From assembly GCA_963784355.1 (NCBI GenBank), contig CAWAQU010000003.1, positions 32,001-96,000 of the forward strand: DNA of 64,000 nucleotides, read 5' to 3'. This stretch comes from an uncultured bacterium. Lineage in GTDB: Bacteria > Patescibacteriota > JACMRA01. Positions 49,971 to 60,350 of this stretch are shown piece by piece. Below the pieces are notes generated by a model. That model was not told the origin of the DNA, did not search any database, and was given only the letters and a program-made list of their open reading frames with translations. Positions within the stretch are counted from its first letter, which is position 1; each line of letters starts with the position of its first letter. The position numbers and the translations under genes are program-made.

Positions 49971-51734
49971 TTATGATGCATAATAGTCTGAACTTTCAAT
50001 AAATTCGTTACAATCTTTAAAATTATTTAAATTTAATTCATTTTTAAACTTTATTACTTTGTAGAGATTAATATTGTCTTTATTCACTTCTATATCAAAA
50101 TATTCAGTCATAGATTTTATCCAGTTAGGATTTGTTGAATAAATAAAATTTATACTCAAATTTTTGATAATAAGAATAAATGTACAATAATTTAAATTAT
50201 GTGGTGGAATTACGGTCTCAATTCCGGTTAAGGCTCCAAACTCGTATGGATTTATATATGTAGTTCTAGCATCAATCATGACTCTAACCGGCTTATAGTG
50301 TTCTAAAATTAGAGCTAAATTTTTATAATCTGGAGATATCCTTCGTTCTAATATATAATCTTTATTATAAAAAAACTTTTTTATAATACGCATACTATTT
50401 AAAGCTGAGTTTTCGAATGTTAAAGTAAATTTCCGCTCATGCGTAATTTTCAGATTGTGGAATAAAACAAAAATTAGCAAAAAAAAAGTGATTGTAAAAA
50501 TGTATTGTTTTTTTGAAAAATTTGCTATTGTTATATAACACAAGTAAAAGAGTAGAAGTGATAAAAAAAATAAAATATTTATAAAGTACCTTGTATCACC
50601 ATAGCCCGCTAAAAGTGTCGTAGTGAGACCCAGAAATAAAACAAAAACAAAACTAGTAATTTTTATTACCTTAGAATCAAAATTCATTTCAAAAGTAATA
50701 TTTTTAAAATACATTAATTTAATAAGTAACACCAAGCACAATGTGGTTATTAAAGCTACTAAATTACTATTTGAAGCCAAAGCCCTGAAAAAAAATGTAT
50801 TTATTATATCCCAATTAGTTAGAAGCTTATTATACCATAGATCAAACTCTAAAAAAATTGTATGCCCATTTGAGACTTTAGTAAGATAATAAGTAGGATA
50901 AATATATTTTGATGAAAAAGCCACTTTAGAACTTTCACTGACAAATAATGATCCATGTTTATACAGGGAATATAGAACCCAGGGTAACATAGTAATAAAT
51001 AGTACAGAAAAGTATATAACCAGATTCACTAATCTGGATTTAAGTTGAATTTTATGGGTATTTATTACAAAAAGTACGGGACCTAAAAGTAGAGTAAGCA
51101 ACAATGTATCGAATCTATTTAAAACTAGCAATCCAGAAATAATAGCCAATATTATAGTGTCTTTCTTATTTATTACATTATCTCTTAAGAAAAATAAAAA
51201 CAATATCAACAATATCAACAAATTTAAAGGGATAGTCCTACCCCCGAAAACCTCATCCAAATAATCTTTGTTTTGTATTAATATTAAATTTAAACCCAGC
51301 CCAAACCACAATTGTCTAGTTAGTTTCAGCGATATTATAAATAAAATACTTGAAGTAACAAAAAGTATTGCTAAATTTAAAAAGTAGCTATTATAGTATC
51401 CTAGGTCGACAATCTTTCTTGTTATGGCTGTAAGAGTTGGATGTAGAGGGGGGAAAGAAACACTGTATGTCAATAAACTGTATTGTGTCTGTCGAATAGT
51501 ATTTATTTTATAGTAATCAGAAAATATCGTTTTTGAAATTTCATAAAGCGACCAAGAATCAGGGCTAAATAGAGGTGCTACTAAAGATTTAGCAACTTCA
51601 TTAAGTAAAAAATTTATTATATAGGATATTATATAGCCAAAAAAACTATATTTTAATATAAACTCCAAAGTGGGTTTTAACTGCAATTTATTCAGGCTAT
51701 AAAATATTAGTTTTTGATACTTTTTACTAGACAT
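49971..51734 (-). CDS. Multi-TM membrane protein, probable GT-C glycosyltransferase
   Basis: SPDSWSLYE, SFPPLHP, RFD, RY; about 11 TMs. Confidence 0.6.
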   Translation of the reverse strand: MSSKKYQKLIFYSLNKLQLKPTLEFILKYSFFGYIISYIINFLLNEVAKSLVAPLFSPDSWSLYEISKTIFSDYYKINTIRQTQYSLLTYSVSFPPLHPTLTAITRKIVDLGYYNSYFLNLAILFVTSSILFIISLKLTRQLWFGLGLNLILIQNKDYLDEVFGGRTIPLNLLILLILFLFFLRDNVINKKDTIILAIISGLLVLNRFDTLLLTLLLGPVLFVINTHKIQLKSRLVNLVIYFSVLFITMLPWVLYSLYKHGSLFVSESSKVAFSSKYIYPTYYLTKVSNGHTIFLEFDLWYNKLLTNWDIINTFFFRALASNSNLVALITTLCLVLLIKLMYFKNITFEMNFDSKVIKITSFVFVLFLGLTTTLLAGYGDTRYFINILFFLSLLLFYLCYITIANFSKKQYIFTITFFLLIFVLFHNLKITHERKFTLTFENSALNSMRIIKKFFYNKDYILERRISPDYKNLALILEHYKPVRVMIDARTTYINPYEFGALTGIETVIPPHNLNYCTFILIIKNLSINFIYSTNPNWIKSMTEYFDIEVNKDNINLYKVIKFKNELNLNNFKDCNEFIESSDYYAS

Positions 51735-51831
51735 TATTGGTATAGCTATTAGTTGTGCTTATGGCTATTGTCAACTGAGGCAAAATTTTGACATAGCTTA
51801 TTAAATGAATTTATATACTCACTGTATAACT

Positions 51832-52692
51832 ATGAAAGGTATAATCTTAGCTGGTGGTAGTGGTACCAGGCTCTACCCTATTACGCTTGGTATCAGCAAG
51901 CAAACCATGCCAATCTATGATAAACCAATGATATATTATCCTTTATCAATTTTACTTGAGGCCGGAATAAATGAAATTTTAATCATTTCTACCCCTACAG
52001 ATTTGCCAAACTTTCAAAGATTACTTGGAGACGGATCACAAATTGGCTGCAAATTTAGCTATAAAGTTCAGGAAATACCAAATGGACTGGCTCAAGCTTT
52101 TATTTTAGGTGAAGAATTTATTGGTAATGATAAAGTGTGCTTGATCCTGGGTGACAATATTTTTTATGGTAGTGGACTAAGCAAAACTCTAGAAACGTGT
52201 ACAAATCCTGATGGTGGATTTATTTTTGCCTACCATGTAAACGATCCTGAAAGATATGGAGTAGTAGACTTTGATGATAATTATAACGCACTTTCCATAG
52301 AGGAAAAGCCGGACAAGCCAAAATCTAGCTACGCTGTTCCGGGGATTTATTTTTACGACAACCAAGTAATAGAAATTGCCAAAAGCTTAAAGCCCAGTCC
52401 AAGAGGTGAATATGAAATTACTGATGTAAATTCGGCATATTTAAACATGAATAAATTAAAAGTAGTGATTATGGACAGAGGCACTGCTTGGTTGGATACT
52501 GGTACTGTTGACTCACTTATGCAAGCATCACAATTTGTACAGGTAATTGAGGAAAGGCAGGGTTTGAAGATAGGCTGCATTGAAGAGATTGCTTATCAAA
52601 AAGGTTTTATAACTAAACATCAACTTGAAAACTTAGCTACACCCCTCTTAAAAAGCGGTTATGGACAATATCTATTAAATCTCTTGAAATAA
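51832..52692 (+). CDS. rfbA: Glucose-1-phosphate thymidylyltransferase
   Basis: [40 protein letters not shown]. Confidence 0.97.
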   Translation: MKGIILAGGSGTRLYPITLGISKQTMPIYDKPMIYYPLSILLEAGINEILIISTPTDLPNFQRLLGDGSQIGCKFSYKVQEIPNGLAQAFILGEEFIGNDKVCLILGDNIFYGSGLSKTLETCTNPDGGFIFAYHVNDPERYGVVDFDDNYNALSIEEKPDKPKSSYAVPGIYFYDNQVIEIAKSLKPSPRGEYEITDVNSAYLNMNKLKVVIMDRGTAWLDTGTVDSLMQASQFVQVIEERQGLKIGCIEEIAYQKGFITKHQLENLATPLLKSGYGQYLLNLLK

Positions 52693-52696
52693 AATT

Positions 52697-53665
52697 ATGA
52701 TTGATCTCAAGGAAATCAAAAATATTTTAATCACAGGTGGAGCAGGGTTTATAGGCTCTAATTTCCTAAACAAATATGTAAATCTAAATTCAGACATAAA
52801 TTTTATAAACCTGGACAAGCTTACTTATGCTGCTCATTTGGACAATATCTTAGTAGGAAATAACAAAAATTATTTTTTTGAGCAGGGAGATATTTGTGAT
52901 TTAGAATTTTTGGAAAAAGTTTTTGAAAAATATAAAATTGATAGTGTAATTCACTTTGCCGCGGAAAGCCATGTAGATTTAAGTATAAAAAATCCAAATT
53001 TATTTGTAGAGGTTAATATACTCGGTACCCAAAATTTATTACACCTTGCTAATAAATACAAAGTTAAGAGATTCCATCATGTATCTACAGATGAGGTATA
53101 TGGAAGCTTGGAAGATAGTGGTTATTTTACTGAAGAAACCAATTTGGCTCCTAATAGCCCCTATTCAGCCTCTAAAGCCGGCTCAGATATGCTTGTAAGG
53201 GCCTACAGTCATACTTTTGGTTTAAACACCACAATGACTCGATGCTCCAATAATTATGGGCCAAATCAAGACCAAACTAAGTTAATTCCTAAATTTGTTA
53301 CAAACTTACTACAAAACAAAAAAGTGCCTTTGTACGCCTCAGGTCAAAACGTACGCGACTGGTTGTTTGTAGAGGACCATTGCGACGCTATCTGGGAAGT
53401 ATTTACTAAATCAAAATCTGGTGAAACATATAATGTTGGTGGAAATAATGAAAAATCAAATATTGAAATTACCAAAATTTTATTGGAAAAACTAGGTAAA
53501 GATGAATCACTTATTGAATATGTAGCAGATAGACCTGGACATGATTTCAGATATGCAATTGACGCAGCTAAAATCAAACAAGACCTTGGTTGGGAGCCTA
53601 AATACAATTTTGAAGAAGCAATTTTAATTACAATAAAATATTACAAAACTAAACTAGATCAGTAA
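52697..53665 (+). CDS. rfbB: dTDP-glucose 4,6-dehydratase
   Basis: TGGAGFIGSNF, HFAAESHVD, STDEVYG, YSASK, DRPGHD.RY. Confidence 0.97.
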   Translation: MIDLKEIKNILITGGAGFIGSNFLNKYVNLNSDINFINLDKLTYAAHLDNILVGNNKNYFFEQGDICDLEFLEKVFEKYKIDSVIHFAAESHVDLSIKNPNLFVEVNILGTQNLLHLANKYKVKRFHHVSTDEVYGSLEDSGYFTEETNLAPNSPYSASKAGSDMLVRAYSHTFGLNTTMTRCSNNYGPNQDQTKLIPKFVTNLLQNKKVPLYASGQNVRDWLFVEDHCDAIWEVFTKSKSGETYNVGGNNEKSNIEITKILLEKLGKDESLIEYVADRPGHDFRYAIDAAKIKQDLGWEPKYNFEEAILITIKYYKTKLDQ

Positions 53666-53666
53666 A

Positions 53667-54227
53667 ATGCCTTTTATCCAGACCCATCTTGAAGGATTAG
53701 TAGTTTTTGAACCAAAAGTGTTTGAAGACGAGAGAGGTTATTTTTTTGAAGCCTATAATGAAAAATTATTCCAGGAAAACAGTATTAGTATTGATGCTAA
53801 ATTCGTACAAGATAATCAATCTAAATCAACTAAGGGAGTGTTACGCGGTTTACATTTTCAACTAGAGCCCTATGCTCAAGCTAAATTAGTTAGGGTTTTA
53901 AGCGGTGAAGTGGTAGATGTAGCAGTTGATATCAGACAAGAATCGCCAACATTTGGTCAATATTTTAGTATACTTTTATCAGCTGAAAACAAAAAACAGC
54001 TTTTTATACCTCGTGGTTTTGCTCATGGATTTATAGTTTTGAGCGATACTGCAGAATTTTTTTACAAGTGTGATAATTTTTACTCTAAAGAGCATGAAAG
54101 TGGTATAAAATTTAATGACCCGGAGCTAAATATTGATTGGCAATTTGATTTAAATAAAGTTATAGTATCTGAAAAAGATCAAAATTTAGAGAGTTTTAAA
54201 AATGCTAAAATGAATTTTACACTATAG
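53667..54227 (+). CDS. rfbC: dTDP-4-dehydrorhamnose 3,5-epimerase
   Basis: DERGYF, VQDN.S, LRGLHFQ, GFAHGF. Confidence 0.97.
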   Translation: MPFIQTHLEGLVVFEPKVFEDERGYFFEAYNEKLFQENSISIDAKFVQDNQSKSTKGVLRGLHFQLEPYAQAKLVRVLSGEVVDVAVDIRQESPTFGQYFSILLSAENKKQLFIPRGFAHGFIVLSDTAEFFYKCDNFYSKEHESGIKFNDPELNIDWQFDLNKVIVSEKDQNLESFKNAKMNFTL

Positions 54228-54228
54228 T

Positions 54229-55074
54229 ATGCAGAAAGTCTTGGTAACCGGAAGTAATGGTCAACTTGGCAGCGAGTTTAAATTTTTAGCTGATAGATAT
54301 AGTAATCTGGAGTTTATTTTTACTGATTCAACTAGTTTAAATATTGTAAACAAGGCTGAGATAGAAAAGTTTTTCGCAGGAAATAAAATTGATTTTTGTA
54401 TTAATTGTGCTGCTTACACTGCAGTAGATAAGGCCGAGACCGAAAGGGAGCTCTGTTATACTATAAATACTGAAGCTGTTAGTAATATTGCTCTAGAATG
54501 TGCAAAGCAAGGCTCTACACTCATTCATTTTTCTACGGACTATGTATTTAACGGGCAGAATTACAAACCATACACTGAAGAAGATCTTGCAGACCCAATA
54601 AACTATTACGGTCAAACTAAATTAGAAGGTGAGCAAAAAGCCCTGGAAAATAATCAAAAGACTCTAGTGTTTAGAACTTCCTGGGTACATTCAAGCTTTG
54701 GTAAAAATTTTGTGAAAACTATCACTAAATTGGCGTCAGAAAGAGATGAACTAAATATAATTTTTGATCAGATTGGTACACCCACCTATGCTCGAGATTT
54801 GGCTGAAAACATATTAGAAATCATCTCGAAACAAGATTTGGATGGTAAGTATGGAATATATAACTTTTCTAATGAGGGAGTAACTAGCTGGTACGATTTT
54901 GCCAAAGTGATTGCAAAACAAGCTGGTCTAGGCTGTAAGATAAATCCTATAGAATCAAAAGATTACCCTACAGCAGCCAAGCGACCATTTTATAGTGTAT
55001 TAAATAAGGCCAAGTTTAAACAAAATTTTGGGTTGGAGATTGGGTATTGGAAAGAAAAGGTAGATATAAAATAA
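54229..55074 (+). CDS. rfbD: dTDP-4-dehydrorhamnose reductase
   Basis: TGSNGQLG, NCAAYTAVDKAE, STDYVF, YGQTKLEGE, RTSWV. Confidence 0.96.
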   Translation: MQKVLVTGSNGQLGSEFKFLADRYSNLEFIFTDSTSLNIVNKAEIEKFFAGNKIDFCINCAAYTAVDKAETERELCYTINTEAVSNIALECAKQGSTLIHFSTDYVFNGQNYKPYTEEDLADPINYYGQTKLEGEQKALENNQKTLVFRTSWVHSSFGKNFVKTITKLASERDELNIIFDQIGTPTYARDLAENILEIISKQDLDGKYGIYNFSNEGVTSWYDFAKVIAKQAGLGCKINPIESKDYPTAAKRPFYSVLNKAKFKQNFGLEIGYWKEKVDIK

Positions 55075-55079
55075 AGTGT

Positions 55080-56339
55080 ATGAACATTAGTGATATTTTA
55101 AAATTAATAAATAAAAATAACATCCTATTAGGATTATCAGTTTTAATAAAATTTAGTTCAATATTCATCTCAATATTAATTGTAAGGTGGCTAAACACTA
55201 ATTTTGAACCTAGACTTTTAGATCAATATAATACTGCTGTTTTATCTTACTTAGCAATAATTTTATCGGTAGTTAACTTAGGTATACCAGAATTTTTACA
55301 TAAAGAGTTTACAAAAATCGATGACAAAGAATATTTAAATAATTTGTGGACTACTATAAACATTTTAAGATTTGCAACATACATAGTAGGACTGATTGTC
55401 ATAGTTGTTACCTATAGAATTTCTAAAGTGGAAAACTTATTCATGATCTTAGGAATTTATTCATCACAATTTATATTACTTGCAGACCAAAACTTCCGCT
55501 CGGTCACGGACGCAAATGATAAAAGCATTAGATTTTCTCTAACTGACTTAACAGGAAAAGTTATTCTGACTTTCTTATTGTATCTAAGTGTGTTTTTAAA
55601 TTTCAAAGTAGACATCCTAAATTACTTTATTTTTGTGTCCATAGGTGCTTACCTGACAACTTATATTTTAGATTTTTACATTAATCGCAATATAGTCTCT
55701 TGGTCAAAATTTGATTGGAGCGTTATTTCAAAAAACAAGAAAGCATTATTTTTTTTAGCTGTAAGTGGTCTAATATCTACATCAAGCTGGGATATTATCT
55801 TTCTTCAATACAATCATACAAATAGCTATTTAATAAACGGTTATAGTAATGCTTTAAAGCTATTTACTACAGCCATGGTACTACCGGGAATTATTGTGCC
55901 TGTTTTAAGCAGCAGATATAAAAGGAAAAAGGATTTACTAAAAAATAATGATAGAAATCTTTTAAAGAGGTATTTAATTTACTTACTGACCATTAGCTCA
56001 CTGTTTTCCATATTTTTATTTCTAAGCAGTACGTTAATATTTAAAGTAATTGATCCAAAAAATTTATACAGCGATGTATCTATTGATGCTTTTCATATAT
56101 TTAATCTTAGTCTATGTTTCTCCTTTATTTCCATGTTTTTACGCTATGTAAACGTATTTGAGAACAATGAAAAATTTGAGATTTACAACCAGCTTTCTAA
56201 TGCAATTATTTTTTTAATTTTATTCGCTTTACTGATACCCATTTATGGAATTACCGGCGCGGCAATATCATATCTAATTATTGCTATTTTTGATATAATA
56301 AAAAGGTACAGTATCAAATCTTTACATAAAGATCTTTAA
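55080..56339 (+). CDS. Oligosaccharide flippase (Wzx/MOP family)
   Basis: About 12 TMs; C-terminal [13 protein letters not shown]. Confidence 0.8.
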   Translation: MNISDILKLINKNNILLGLSVLIKFSSIFISILIVRWLNTNFEPRLLDQYNTAVLSYLAIILSVVNLGIPEFLHKEFTKIDDKEYLNNLWTTINILRFATYIVGLIVIVVTYRISKVENLFMILGIYSSQFILLADQNFRSVTDANDKSIRFSLTDLTGKVILTFLLYLSVFLNFKVDILNYFIFVSIGAYLTTYILDFYINRNIVSWSKFDWSVISKNKKALFFLAVSGLISTSSWDIIFLQYNHTNSYLINGYSNALKLFTTAMVLPGIIVPVLSSRYKRKKDLLKNNDRNLLKRYLIYLLTISSLFSIFLFLSSTLIFKVIDPKNLYSDVSIDAFHIFNLSLCFSFISMFLRYVNVFENNEKFEIYNQLSNAIIFLILFALLIPIYGITGAAISYLIIAIFDIIKRYSIKSLHKDL

Positions 56340-56926
56340 ATTAAATATTCCTCAATTTCCTTATAGAAAAAATCTAGGTTATTCCTATGCTTTTCAAATA
56401 ATTTATTTAAATCTATTTCTAATAGTTTTTTTATTAAATTTTCATCAAACCTATATCTAATAACTTTTGCGGGATTTCCTCCCACTACTGAGTAGGGTGG
56501 TACATCTTTTGTAACTACACTGCCTGCAGCAATTACAGCACCTTTGCCTATTTTAATACCTGATAAAATAATTGTGTTCGTCCCAAACCATACATCATCA
56601 CCCACTATGATTGGGCCCTTAGTAATTGACTCGGCCTGGTCACTAAACATTGCTTTAAAGGGATATGTACTAAGATTGGACATATTATGATTTCCACCAA
56701 GCATAAATTTCGTATTCTCAGCTATAGAACAGAAACTTCCAATTTCTAAAAATTCGTTGCCGCTATCCCATATTCTTACATCTAAATTACCATATGTGAA
56801 ATTTCCTATTTTTACTTTTTCTGAATTAAATAAAATTGTAGGAATTGTGAAATTATGTAGATTTGACTTCCTCCATTTTTTTTTGAAAAGGTAAAGTTTA
56901 AATTTATTTTTTAGAGAGCTTAACAT
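56336..56926 (-). CDS. Hexapeptide-repeat (CatB/Vat-like) O-acetyltransferase
   Basis: [40 protein letters not shown]. Confidence 0.9.
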   Translation of the reverse strand: MLSSLKNKFKLYLFKKKWRKSNLHNFTIPTILFNSEKVKIGNFTYGNLDVRIWDSGNEFLEIGSFCSIAENTKFMLGGNHNMSNLSTYPFKAMFSDQAESITKGPIIVGDDVWFGTNTIILSGIKIGKGAVIAAGSVVTKDVPPYSVVGGNPAKVIRYRFDENLIKKLLEIDLNKLFEKHRNNLDFFYKEIEEYLI

Positions 56927-57041
56927 TTAAACTAGGTTTAATGAGTAAATTTGATTATGTCAAAATTGTAGACTTGTTCTCAATCAGAAGACTAAGTGTG
57001 ATATCAAAAAACAATACAGAGTTGACTTAAATTTACTTTTC

Positions 57042-58175
57042 TTAGAAATTAGCTTTGAACAAATCACTATATTTTTTAAATAGTATTCCAAAACTAAAAT
57101 TATCAAGCACAGTTTGGTGATTACTTTGTTTATAATCATCTGAAGTGTACAAACTCCTATTTTCCAAAAAGATCTGCAATTTTAATATTAAATCACTACT
57201 ATCTTTTAATTTGAAGATCAACTTCTGTTCACTTTCCTGGGCATATTGCTTCAATTCTATAAAGGCTGGTATATCAGAAGTGATAACAGGTAAACCTCTT
57301 TCCCAAGCCTCAACAAGTACTAATCCAAAAGACTCAATCCAACTTGGAAAAATAATCAAATCACATTTTTCATAGAAGCTTTTTGTGTCACTTTGGAAGC
57401 CTAGCCAGCTGAAATTAATATTTTCCGGCATTTTTAATTCATTTTGCAGTTTTTTAAATTTCTCTAAATCTTCTCCATCACCTGCCATTAACACATTAAT
57501 TTTCAATCCTGGATAATCTATTTTAGATAAAGCCTCAATCATAGTATCTATACCCTTTTGATAATACATTCTACCTATGTAGCCTATATTTATAGTTGAG
57601 ATATCTGTTTTATCTGTAAAAATAAGATCATAGACTTGTACTCCGTTATAAATTAAATGGTTTACGTTACCTTTTAAATTATGACTGTGCCAATCACTCA
57701 TTTGATTTTTTGAAATATAAATAAATTCTACGTTAGACCAAACTTTTCTCAAAATTGAGACTAGAGGATTTCTCCAATAGTAATCCACACACATACTGTG
57801 CATAGATTGTATTAACCTTTTTTTAGGAAAAAATAATTTTATCCAGGAAAACAAAAAAACTGGCTCTGCTATTGACGATGCTGAAGCAATGATTATATCA
57901 GATTTTTTCCATATTCTAAAGTACTTCACAAACTGTAAAAAACCCAAGACAAATGAAATTGGAATAATTAACTGCCGTTTTAATGTGATAGGCTCATACC
58001 CTGCCGGAGAATTATGTGCTTCAAAACCGTGTTTTTTAAATATATCGTAAACCACGGGATCTTGACCTATAAATATATGTTCAAAGTTGGTCAAATTTGT
58101 AATTAGATTTTCTAAAAACTTTTCCCCGCCCCCATATTTAATTTTTATTCTTGTAGAAACATGGGTGATAATCAT
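57042..58175 (-). CDS. GT4 glycosyltransferase
   Basis: GGGE, IGRM..QKG, ESFGLVLVEA. Confidence 0.9.
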   Translation of the reverse strand: MIITHVSTRIKIKYGGGEKFLENLITNLTNFEHIFIGQDPVVYDIFKKHGFEAHNSPAGYEPITLKRQLIIPISFVLGFLQFVKYFRIWKKSDIIIASASSIAEPVFLFSWIKLFFPKKRLIQSMHSMCVDYYWRNPLVSILRKVWSNVEFIYISKNQMSDWHSHNLKGNVNHLIYNGVQVYDLIFTDKTDISTINIGYIGRMYYQKGIDTMIEALSKIDYPGLKINVLMAGDGEDLEKFKKLQNELKMPENINFSWLGFQSDTKSFYEKCDLIIFPSWIESFGLVLVEAWERGLPVITSDIPAFIELKQYAQESEQKLIFKLKDSSDLILKLQIFLENRSLYTSDDYKQSNHQTVLDNFSFGILFKKYSDLFKANF

Positions 58176-59122
58176 TTTGTAAAAATTTGCTTTATAAAAC
58201 TTGCATGTGCTTCAATTATCCAAGAAAATACTTGAAATTTTAATTTTAATAAAACAGGTAAAAGAATTTTTATATCTTGATATAAATTACTTATGAAAAA
58301 AAATATTTTATAATGGTTAAATGTAAATAATAGCCTACTTCTTACGCCATAAAAAATACCGTATTTTGGAATTTTTTTGATTGACTGTGATTGCTTATGA
58401 TACACTGTGCTGTCTAAACATAAACCTACACCCCATCCTTTCTGGTGCAGCCTAATTGCAGAGTCAAATTCTTCAAAGTATAGAAAGTATTTTTCATATA
58501 AATAACCAATATTTTTCAAGGCACTTAAATTAAAAAATAGTGCTGATCCATTAATCGACAGATGTTTCTTATGAAATACTATCTCGCTACTATTAGTATT
58601 TTTAACTAAATCTTTCAGCTTTAAATCTTTTGAACCTGAAGTAAATTTATTATACTCAGCCCCAATGTAGATTTTTTCACCCCCATTATCAGGAACAACA
58701 ATTTTTGAACCGATTAATCCTAGACTCTCATTTTTACTACCCAATTCCACCAGATGAGCAAGTGCATCTTTATCTACTTTTATATCAGCATTTAGTAACC
58801 AAACATATTGATAATCTTGTTTTGATTCAGCTAGCCTTACCCCATAGTTGTGCCCTCCGGCAAATCCTAGATTTTTATCGGTTCTGCTTGCATATATCTT
58901 AATCTGATTTTTTATATAATACCCAACAGTATCTTTTTTAAGATTTTTATTTAAATAATTTTCTATATCTGTAAATGAGCTGGGATTAGGGGAAAAATTA
59001 TCTACTATGAATATATCAAATGTTGAATATGACATATCAAGTAATGAATTTAGACACTCCACAGTATCTTCAGGAGTATTATAGTTTAAAATAATAACCG
59101 CTACATTTGATTTATTTACCAT
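58172..59122 (-). CDS. GT2 glycosyltransferase (rhamnosyltransferase-like)
   Basis: IILNYN, NLGFAGGHN, LLNAD, YFLYFEE.D. Confidence 0.88.
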   Translation of the reverse strand: MVNKSNVAVIILNYNTPEDTVECLNSLLDMSYSTFDIFIVDNFSPNPSSFTDIENYLNKNLKKDTVGYYIKNQIKIYASRTDKNLGFAGGHNYGVRLAESKQDYQYVWLLNADIKVDKDALAHLVELGSKNESLGLIGSKIVVPDNGGEKIYIGAEYNKFTSGSKDLKLKDLVKNTNSSEIVFHKKHLSINGSALFFNLSALKNIGYLYEKYFLYFEEFDSAIRLHQKGWGVGLCLDSTVYHKQSQSIKKIPKYGIFYGVRSRLLFTFNHYKIFFFISNLYQDIKILLPVLLKLKFQVFSWIIEAHASFIKQIFTK

Positions 59123-60272
59123 ATACTATTTGATTGATAACTTGCTTTTCAATATTTTCCGATGACATATAATCCCTTACTTGTTGTTGTTTGTCTATGA
59201 TTTCTTCCTTCTCATCAATATTTAGTGTAATATACTCTTGTAACTTTTTAAAAATATCTTCAGAAGATTTAGGCATTATATGAATTAAATTTTTTAAGAT
59301 TGGATCGGAAATTTGGTCTACATAAGTTACAAATGCAGGAAAATTAGCTTGCATAAATACATTCCAAAAACTTGACCTACGAATTGTTATGCCATTTACA
59401 TCGGGGAAGATAAACAAATCCATCTCTTTCAAAACATTTTTAAAATTTTCTGATTGCGGGTCTATGTCGCCATAAATAATTATATTTTTTTTGCTTTGGT
59501 CTATTTTTTGCAATAGATTAAACTGATAATTTTTTACTGAACTGTTCATTTTCCCATAATCAATGAGGAGTTTAATATCTCCTAGAATGTGAAGTTTACA
59601 ATTCAATTTGGAATCAATTTTTTGGAAAGCCTCTACAAGATATTCCAATCCATTGCTAGGTTGTACAAGTCCATGGAAACAAATGTTGATATTCTCTTTT
59701 TTAGCTAAAGAATTTGGATCTATTTTAATAAAACTATTTAGATCTGCAGATAAATGGGCACCTAAGGCTAGGACGGTACTTTTACTCTTAATCATACCTT
59801 TTACAAAATCATTAGCTGAATTCAATTGTGACTGATCAGAAAAAAAAGCTTTATTAGCAACTAGACAGGGAATTATATGTCTTATTTTGCCTAAAAGTGT
59901 GTAATTTACAAATTCATGTATAGTTACCTGAAGATATATCTTTGGAAATACAATCTTTATAATAACAGCCAATAGCGAAGGAAATAAACTTCTGCCGAAT
60001 TCAACTGAATTATATTGTATATTTATTATTTCTGGATTAGTTTTTTTTATATTTCGTATGATTTTAAACAGATTAGGTACTTTTATATCTAAAAAGGTTG
60101 CATTATATTGCTTTTCAGTAGATGCATCTTTTTTGAAGAGCTTTTGGTTTTTATTTGTTAATAAAAATGCGTTAAAGCCCTCTCTATTTAAAATATTTAT
60201 TATTCTGTGTGTAAATTTGCCAACGCCACACATAGTTGGGACAGAGCTTCCAGATATAAATAGAATATTCAT
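59112..60272 (-). CDS. GT4-like glycosyltransferase
   Basis: P..CGVG, TIHE, FHGLV...NG, G..IRRSS; probable start MNILFI. Confidence 0.7.
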   Translation of the reverse strand: MNILFISGSSVPTMCGVGKFTHRIINILNREGFNAFLLTNKNQKLFKKDASTEKQYNATFLDIKVPNLFKIIRNIKKTNPEIINIQYNSVEFGRSLFPSLLAVIIKIVFPKIYLQVTIHEFVNYTLLGKIRHIIPCLVANKAFFSDQSQLNSANDFVKGMIKSKSTVLALGAHLSADLNSFIKIDPNSLAKKENINICFHGLVQPSNGLEYLVEAFQKIDSKLNCKLHILGDIKLLIDYGKMNSSVKNYQFNLLQKIDQSKKNIIIYGDIDPQSENFKNVLKEMDLFIFPDVNGITIRRSSFWNVFMQANFPAFVTYVDQISDPILKNLIHIMPKSSEDIFKKLQEYITLNIDEKEEIIDKQQQVRDYMSSENIEKQVINQIVYGK

Positions 60273-60350
60273 ATAATTGTGTATACTTATGCAATACTGG
60301 TATAATGATAGCAATATTATTTTAAGGTAAAATGTACTGACTCTGACAAA

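Noticed and set aside
56336-56926. Chloramphenicol/streptogramin resistance gene
   Set aside because: It lies within a glycan operon; a sugar O-acetyltransferase is more parsimonious
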